DNA of 64,000 nucleotides. Source: Rubripirellula sp. Its GTDB lineage: Bacteria > Planctomycetota > Planctomycetia > Pirellulales > Pirellulaceae. Shown in pieces: positions 58,171 to 64,000 of the stretch. The stretch lies in NCBI GenBank assembly GCA_965216875.1, contig OZ244207.1:448001-512000 (forward strand). Direction: 5' to 3'. Under the pieces are notes generated by a model. That model saw nothing but the letters and a program-made list of their open reading frames with translations, had not been told where the DNA came from and ran no database searches. How positions within the stretch are numbered: position 1 is the stretch's first letter; each line of letters opens with the position of its first letter. The position numbers were made by a program, and so were the translations under genes.

Positions 58171-58824
58171 ATGGATGCGAGCATCAAAGAGAAGATCGTC
58201 CAGTCGGGGGTGGTCGCCGTCGTTACGATTGACGAACCTGAACAGGCCGCGCGTCTTGCCGAAACGTTGTTTGAAGGGGGGATCACCGCGATTGAGCTGA
58301 CCCTTCGCACGGACGACGCGCTCGCGGCGATTGAAGCGATCACTCGAAGTGTCCCGCAGATGTTGGTGGGTGCTGGAACCGTGCTTACGACGGCGCAGGT
58401 TCAGCAAGTCAAAGATGCTGGGGCATCGTTTGCTGTCGCTCCTGGATTGAATCGAAAGGTTGTGGATGCTGCTGCGAAGCTAGGCGTCCCCTTTGCGCCC
58501 GGCGTGGTCACACCGAGTGACATCGAAGCCGCTCTTGAAGCAGGCTGCCGGACTCTAAAATTCTTCCCGGCCGAGCCAAGCGGTGGGTTGGCCTACCTTG
58601 AGTCGATGGCGAAACCGTACGAGCATCTCGGATTGGATTTCATTCCACTTGGCGGCCTCAATCAACACAACAGCGTTGCCTACCTGCAGAGCCATTTGAT
58701 TTGTGCACTCGGTGGATCCTGGATCGCACCGAGAGACGATATTCGTAGTCAACGCTGGAGTGAGATTGGACAGCGGGCGACCGCGGCATCGGAAATGGTG
58801 GCAACCGTCCGAGGAAAAAGGTAA
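58171..58824 (+). CDS. eda: KHG/KDPG aldolase
   Basis: IELTLRT, VGAGTVL, PGVVTPSD, LKFFPAE, PLGG, GGSW. Confidence 0.92.
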   Translation: MDASIKEKIVQSGVVAVVTIDEPEQAARLAETLFEGGITAIELTLRTDDALAAIEAITRSVPQMLVGAGTVLTTAQVQQVKDAGASFAVAPGLNRKVVDAAAKLGVPFAPGVVTPSDIEAALEAGCRTLKFFPAEPSGGLAYLESMAKPYEHLGLDFIPLGGLNQHNSVAYLQSHLICALGGSWIAPRDDIRSQRWSEIGQRATAASEMVATVRGKR

Positions 58825-58828
58825 AGCA

Positions 58829-59875
58829 ATGGCAAAAGTAGTCACCCTCGGCGAGATCATGTTGCGTTTGGCCATGCCCGGCCAATCGAGATTTGCGCAA
58901 GCCTTGCCGGGGTCCGTCACGGCCTCGTTTGCCGGTGCGGAAGCCAACTCCGCGGTGACGATCGCTCGTCTCGGTGGCGAAGTTCAGTTCGTGACGGCGT
59001 TGCCCGACGGACCGATTGGCGATGCATGCATCGCAGACCTGCGTCGATTTAAGGTTGGCGTTGAACACATCGTTCAAACTGAGGGAAGGCTGGGGATCTT
59101 TTACTTCGAAGCGGGTGTCAATCAACGCTCCGGACAGGTTGAATATGACCGAGATGACAGTTGCTCCGCAAAGGCACCGATCAGCGAATACAACTGGGAT
59201 GCCATCTTCGAAGGTGCATCGTGGCTTCTGATTTCTGGCATCACGCCCGCGATTTCGGAAGTTGCCAAGGAGGTGACGAAGTATGCGATGACGGAAGCAC
59301 GCCGCCGCGGAATCAAGGTCGCCTTCGACGTCAACTTTCGCGCAAAGCTCTGGCAATGGGATGATGATCGTAAACCAGAGCAATTGGCGTCCGATGTCTT
59401 GTGCGAGCTGACCCACCACTGCGATCTGTTGCTCTGCGGCAAGCAGGATGCGATCAAGTTCTATGGCATCGATGGCGAAATGGCGGCAGAGGAGATTCCG
59501 GCAGAGCTCGCAGCGCGATATGAAAACCTGCGATGGATCGCCTCGAGTGTTCGCAATCAACCGCCTGATTCCAGTAAGACTTATGGTGGGATTTTGTTCG
59601 ACTGCAGCGAAGGCCAACTGCATCGAGCGCCAAACGAAGGTGGTTATGCGATCGATGAAGTCGTTGATCGTCTCGGCATTGGCGACGCGTTTGCGGGAAC
59701 GCTCGTGTGGCATCTGGCGAATCGGTCTCAGGATTCGCCTGCCGAAGCGATCGAGTACGCGGCCGCTGCAGGTTGCTTGGCGCACACGATCGAAGGTGAT
59801 TATGGGTTGGTGACGCTGGCGGAAGTCGAGTCGCTCGTCAACAGCGGCGGATTTCACGGTCGCGTTGATCGTTAG
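58829..59875 (+). CDS. kdgK: 2-keto-3-deoxygluconate kinase (PfkB family)
   Basis: GEIMLRL, AGAEAN, DVNFRAKLW, VDRLGIGDAFAG, GRVDR C-terminus. Confidence 0.85.
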   Translation: MAKVVTLGEIMLRLAMPGQSRFAQALPGSVTASFAGAEANSAVTIARLGGEVQFVTALPDGPIGDACIADLRRFKVGVEHIVQTEGRLGIFYFEAGVNQRSGQVEYDRDDSCSAKAPISEYNWDAIFEGASWLLISGITPAISEVAKEVTKYAMTEARRRGIKVAFDVNFRAKLWQWDDDRKPEQLASDVLCELTHHCDLLLCGKQDAIKFYGIDGEMAAEEIPAELAARYENLRWIASSVRNQPPDSSKTYGGILFDCSEGQLHRAPNEGGYAIDEVVDRLGIGDAFAGTLVWHLANRSQDSPAEAIEYAAAAGCLAHTIEGDYGLVTLAEVESLVNSGGFHGRVDR

Positions 59876-59893
59876 CGAATCGTTCGATGACCC

Positions 59894-59970
59894 GTAACGA
59901 CGCTCGCCAGAGCGTGGGGTGCTATCGATCGGTTTGCGTTGGAAGACCACCTTCTGGCGAAGGTAGCTAC
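59894..59970. repeat. GTAG REP doublet at the 3' end of RAYT #2
   Basis: One array unit with a degenerate first REP. Confidence 0.85.
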
Positions 59971-59984
59971 GTTGGGTAGGCCCC

Positions 59985-60569
59985 CTATTTAACGTTCTCG
60001 CCACCAACCCGAGAAAGCCCCTTCGATCTCAAGAACGCATAGACCCTCCAGAATCGAGGCCAATAATCGGATTCCCAAAGATTTAGCTCCGGGTAGCCCG
60101 GAACAAGACAGCCCGTGTATTTGTATTTTCGAAAACCGTCGGGAGGTACGAGATCCTTGCGTTCCGGGTTACGCGCAACATACTCAACGAGTTGCTCGAA
60201 CGCAGTCTCCTTCCGTTCACTCTCGCGGAGAACATAATCATACGGTTGGTGTTGAAGCTTGAATCCCAGCTTTTCAAGCGGCGACCGGATATGTTTGCGG
60301 AAATACCTCAATGCATTTTGCTGGTCGGTTTGGTCGTCGATCCCAATCCAAACCATATGAATGTGGTCTGGCATCAGGCAATAAATGGGACACACCAGTG
60401 CATATCGGAACGAGGTGTGCGTGAGTAGCTCGCGGAATTTGTAGTTAAACGCTGGAATGAGCCATCCTGTTTGGCGATTGGCGATTGTCATCACCCAATG
60501 TACGTAGGCTTGCCCTCGATAGTGTTCTTGTTCAAGGCGAGATAGATGACCTGGAGTTTTACTCTTCAT
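59985..60569 (-). mobile_element. Divergent REP-associated HUH tyrosine transposase (RAYT-like) #2
   Basis: YCLMPDHIH (HUH), QHQPYDYVLR, EYVARNPERKDLV; flanked by GTAG REPs; looks AT-richer than its neighbours. Confidence 0.8.
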
Positions 60570-60661
60570 TCTTCGCTGCCCCAATGCGAGTGTGTGAACG
60601 CCAACTGAAATTGTAGGGGCAAAATGGACGGCGTATTCCGACGTCAAAGTGCTAGCAACCG

Positions 60662-61130
60662 GTAGCTGCGCTCGCCAGAGAGTGGGGTGCTATCGATGGG
60701 TTTGCGTTGGAAGACCACCGTCTGGCGACGGTAGCTACGAAGAGGCGTTCGAGCAGCCCGTAGCTACGCTCGCCAGAGCGTGGAGTGCTATCGAGCGGTT
60801 TGCGTTGGAAGACCACCTTCTGGCGAAGGTAGCTACGAAGAGGCGTTCGAGCGGCCCGTAGCTACGCTCGCCAGAGCGTGGGGTGCTATCGAGCGGTTTG
60901 CGTTGAAAGACCACCTTCTGGCGAAGGTAGCTACGAAGAAGTATTCGAGCGGCCCGTAGCTACGCTCGCCAGAGCGTGGGGTGCTATCGAGCGGTTTGCG
61001 TTGGAAGACCACCTTCTGGCGAAGGTAGCTACGAAGAGGCGTTCGAGCAGCCCGTAGCTACGCTCGCCAGAGCGTGGGGTGCTATCGAGCGGTTTGCGTT
61101 GGAAGACCACCGTCTGGCGACGGTAGCGAC
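60662..61130. repeat. Tandem array of 5 x 98-bp REP doublets (BIME/REPIN-like)
   Basis: Units start at 60662, 60760, 60858, 60956 and 61054: REP-A (24) + linker (29) + inverted REP-B (24) + linker (21). Confidence 0.95.
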
Positions 61131-61138
61131 GGCGAATC

Positions 61139-62062
61139 CTACTTGGCTTCCCAGCCCACTTTGTTCATCTCGGCTAATGCGAGCAGCAGCGCTTGCGTAC
61201 CATCTTTCTCATGCCCTTGAGCGATGACGGCTTGATAGAGCTGGTGTGCCAAGGCGAGACCGGGAAGCGACAGGTTCATCGCGGCGGCTTCGTCGAGGGC
61301 GATCCGCATGTCTTTGACAAAGTGCTCGACGAAGAATCCGGGGTCAAAGTCGCCGTCGATCATGCGTGGTGCCAAGTTGGATAGCGACCAGCTTCCCGCT
61401 GCGCCCGACGAGACACTTTGCAATACGGTAGGCAGATCGAGTCCGACCTTGGTGGCGTACAACAAACCTTCGCAGACCGCGATCATGCCCGACGCGATCA
61501 GTGTTTGGTTGACCATCTTGGTGTGTTGCCCGCGGCCTGGGCCGCCCTGATGCACGATCGTTTTGCCCATCATTTGAAACAACGGGCCGATTCGGTCGAC
61601 GGCTTCTTTGTCGCCGCCGATCATGATCGACAGAGCTGCGTTGCGAGCACCGGTGTCGCCGCCACTGACGGGCGCGTCGATTGAAGCGACACCTTTCGCG
61701 GCGGCGGCTTCAGCGATTTCAACTGCAAGGGACGGTTTGCTCGTCGTCATGTCAACGATGGTGTTGCCGCTCTCGCAGCCCGCCAGCACACCTTGCTCGC
61801 CCAAGATGACCTCCTGGACATCGTTGGGGAAACCGACGATTGTGAAGACCACATCGCTTTGCTGGGCAACTTCTTTGGGAGTTGTGGCGAGCGTCGCCCC
61901 TTTCGCAACCAAGTCGTTCGTCTTTTCGGCGGTGCGGTTGTAGACGGTTGCCTTGTAACCAGCATCGATGAGATGCCCGCACATGCTGCGCCCCATCACA
62001 CCTGTGCCGATCCAGCCAATTCGAGTCGTTTCAGGTGCGATGTTGGAATTCGAATCGGTCAT
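61139..62062 (-). CDS. NAD(P)-dependent beta-hydroxyacid dehydrogenase (3-hydroxyisobutyrate dehydrogenase / tartronate semialdehyde reductase family)
   Basis: [40 protein letters not shown]. Confidence 0.9.
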   Translation of the reverse strand: MTDSNSNIAPETTRIGWIGTGVMGRSMCGHLIDAGYKATVYNRTAEKTNDLVAKGATLATTPKEVAQQSDVVFTIVGFPNDVQEVILGEQGVLAGCESGNTIVDMTTSKPSLAVEIAEAAAAKGVASIDAPVSGGDTGARNAALSIMIGGDKEAVDRIGPLFQMMGKTIVHQGGPGRGQHTKMVNQTLIASGMIAVCEGLLYATKVGLDLPTVLQSVSSGAAGSWSLSNLAPRMIDGDFDPGFFVEHFVKDMRIALDEAAAMNLSLPGLALAHQLYQAVIAQGHEKDGTQALLLALAEMNKVGWEAK

Positions 62063-62156
62063 GATGTTCAAACGATTGGAGAGGAGAGGCGAAAGGGATC
62101 GACGAGAGATTTTCGCCAATCAAACGAGCGCTGGAAAGGGTGGCGCAAATCGCCGC

Positions 62157-62259
62157 GTAGCTACGCTCGCCAGAGCGTGGTGCGCTATGGCGCGGTCTGT
62201 GCGTGGGGTGCTATCGAGCTGTTCCCGTTGGACGACCACCGTCTGGCGACGGTAGCTAC
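62157..62259. repeat. GTAG REP doublet with an expanded linker
   Basis: gtagctacgctcgccagagcgtgg...ccaccgtctggcgacggtagctac. Confidence 0.88.
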
Positions 62260-62278
62260 GGAGAGATGGAAGCCGCGG

Positions 62279-62716
62279 TTACCAGCGGTGTTCTGGTCGG
62301 TCGAGGATTTCGCGAAGCAAGATTGCTTGCCGAATCCCACCGGGGCTCTTGATTAGATTGAGCAGGTCTTCCGATGGATTGCCCGACAGGACGTGTGCCA
62401 CGGCGGCCTGGGAACGTCTCGATTGGCGGACGGAGCTCGCTCGTTTCTTTGCAGCAGCCTCTGCTTCGGCAGCCGCTTTTTTTGATTCAGCAAGTTTGCG
62501 CTGCCGAGCGGCGAGAGAGTTTGTGTCGTCCTGGACCAATTCGGCTTCGGGAACGTCATCAACGATCACCGCATCGACGACGCGTTCGCGTTTGCGATCG
62601 GAGTACTGAGGCGGCTGCCGTTTTTCGGCTGCCGATGCTTGTTGGCGTTCTTGGGCCGCCTTTGCTTGACGACGCTGCGCCGCTCGTCTGAGAAAACCTT
62701 CTAAGTCGCCTGACAT
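62279..62716 (-). CDS. Hypothetical protein downstream of floA (YqfB-like position)
   Basis: Charged helical protein ending IRQAILLREILDRP. Confidence 0.65.
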   Translation of the reverse strand: MSGDLEGFLRRAAQRRQAKAAQERQQASAAEKRQPPQYSDRKRERVVDAVIVDDVPEAELVQDDTNSLAARQRKLAESKKAAAEAEAAAKKRASSVRQSRRSQAAVAHVLSGNPSEDLLNLIKSPGGIRQAILLREILDRPEHRW

Positions 62717-62734
62717 GATCGATCCCGCCGGTCG

Positions 62735-63796
62735 CTACGCTTGTTCAAGTTTCTCGGTGGCTTCGTTGGCACCATGGGCAAGTGACTTACGCATTTCGGT
62801 ATCGGCACTTACGTTTTGCAATTTGTAGTAATCCAAAATGTGCAATTTGCCGCTACGGAAGGCATCCGCCATTGCGCGTGGCACGGCGGCTTGAGCCTTG
62901 ACCACCGAGGCGCGGCTCTCTTCGATTCGAGCTTGGTTTTCTTGTTCTTCGGCAACTGCCGCGGCACGTTTGCCTTCGGCGCGGGCTCGAGCAACTTGGG
63001 TGTCGGCTTCGGCTTGGTCGGCTTGTAGTCGTGCACCAATGTTGGCACCAACATCAATGTCAGCGATATCGATCGATACGATTTCGAACGCGGTTTGTGA
63101 ATCGAGACGCTTCGCCAATACCGCTTTGGAGATCACGTCGGGATTCTCGAGGACGGCTTTGTGATCTTCGGCACTACCGATGGCGCTGACGATGCCTTCG
63201 CCGACACGAGCGATGATCGTTTCTTCGGTTGCACCACCGATCAATTGTTGCAAGTTTGCTCGCACCGTTACTCGAGCTTTGACCTTTAATTGAATTCCAT
63301 CTTTTGCAACGGCATCGAGAGATGGCTTTGCAGCTCCGCGCGGCGGGCAGTCAATCACTTTGGGGTAGACACTTGTTTGGACGGATTCAAGAACGTCGCG
63401 ACCCGCGAGGTCGATTGCGGTCGCTTCGCGGAAGGTGAGCGAGATCGTTTTCGCTTTCTTGGCGGCGATCAGAGCGCGAATGACTTGCTGCACATTCCCG
63501 CCGGCAAGGTAGTGGGCTTCGAGTGCGGCACTGGTCAATTCGGGATCGGCCAGACCAGCTTGCGTGGCCATGATTTTCGATCGCACGATGCGCCTTGAAT
63601 CGACGCGACGGAAGGTCATCCCGAGCAAGTTCCAGAACGTGATGTTGGCACGCGTCAGCTGCGACTGGATCCAAAGATTGAAGTAGCGTGCGAACACCAA
63701 CAACATGACGAACAAAACGCCGAAGCCGACGATGGCAAGGATCAGGGAGCCTGTGGTGAGGTCAATTTGCGCCAGTAGGGTTGAATCGAACATCAT
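62735..63796 (-). CDS. floA: Flotillin-like protein FloA (YqfA family)
   Basis: [72 protein letters not shown]. Confidence 0.93.
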   Translation of the reverse strand: MMFDSTLLAQIDLTTGSLILAIVGFGVLFVMLLVFARYFNLWIQSQLTRANITFWNLLGMTFRRVDSRRIVRSKIMATQAGLADPELTSAALEAHYLAGGNVQQVIRALIAAKKAKTISLTFREATAIDLAGRDVLESVQTSVYPKVIDCPPRGAAKPSLDAVAKDGIQLKVKARVTVRANLQQLIGGATEETIIARVGEGIVSAIGSAEDHKAVLENPDVISKAVLAKRLDSQTAFEIVSIDIADIDVGANIGARLQADQAEADTQVARARAEGKRAAAVAEEQENQARIEESRASVVKAQAAVPRAMADAFRSGKLHILDYYKLQNVSADTEMRKSLAHGANEATEKLEQA

Positions 63797-63889
63797 CCGG
63801 CATCCTTCAAGTGGTATTGTTCGGCAAGTTGCGTGTCATCAATGTCATGCCCCCCGCTTGTGGTGTCAACGGTACCGCGGGTGCATCGG

Positions 63890-64000
63890 TCACTCAAAAT
63901 CGAATGAATCGAGTGGCTGTTCGAGTGATGGTGGTGATTGCGGCAGGTCCGGCGTTTCTTCGGTTTCATCGTCGTGGGCAGCTCGAACGTGGATTTTCCC
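63890..64000 (-). CDS. C-terminal fragment of the upstream gene, possibly NfeD-like
   Basis: Open frame GKIHVRAAHDDE...DSFDFE* from the window edge; nfeD usually precedes floA. Confidence 0.4.
   Translation of the reverse strand, partial: GKIHVRAAHDDETEETPDLPQSPPSLEQPLDSFDFE

Noticed and set aside
58658..60007. 449-aa antisense ORF (also 55210-56229, 54107-54919, 14236-15096 and 7603-8355)
   Set aside because: These shadow well-supported genes on the opposite strand, lack motifs, and are expected in GC-rich DNA.
60662..61130. CRISPR array
   Set aside because: The intervening sequences are near-identical rather than unique spacers, repeats alternate in orientation, and no cas genes are present; it fits REP/BIME structure.
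60649..61227. Short ORFs within the repeat array (and 44808-45395 over the REPs and tRNA)
   Set aside because: They are translations of palindromic repeats (VATLARAW, GRARLPPS) and unlikely to be real genes.

Overview
Bacterial chromosomal DNA of moderately high GC, almost certainly from a planctomycete of the Pirellulaceae type and probably marine. The markers are a DUF1559 prepilin-like protein, a PVC-type heme-binding protein, a planctomycete extracellular leader with dockerin, an ECF/FecR pair, an SHD1 protein, a sulfatase and a GH86-like agarase/porphyranase. The window holds about 45 genes and one tRNA-Pro(UGG); I see no rRNA, CRISPR array or prophage. The most notable items are: (1) two different REP-associated HUH tyrosine transposase (RAYT-like) loci, each with its own palindromic repeat family, one beside a 5 x 98-bp BIME/REPIN-like array whose hairpins show compensatory stem changes, plus dispersed and nested REP mosaics; (2) a reductive pyrimidine catabolism operon whose dihydropyrimidine dehydrogenase resembles plant PYD1 (no Fe-S domain, no preT in the operon); (3) a tightly coupled operon of membrane Ser/Thr kinase, two atypical dynamin-like GTPases and an orphan ExbB/MotA; (4) a secreted protease-dockerin protein with four copies of a ~140-aa domain I do not recognise, behind an AT-richer intergenic region with duplicated motifs; (5) a sugar-acid catabolic operon and a sulfatase broken by a 1-bp frameshift. 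All calls come from motif reading and recalled family knowledge; no database searches were run.
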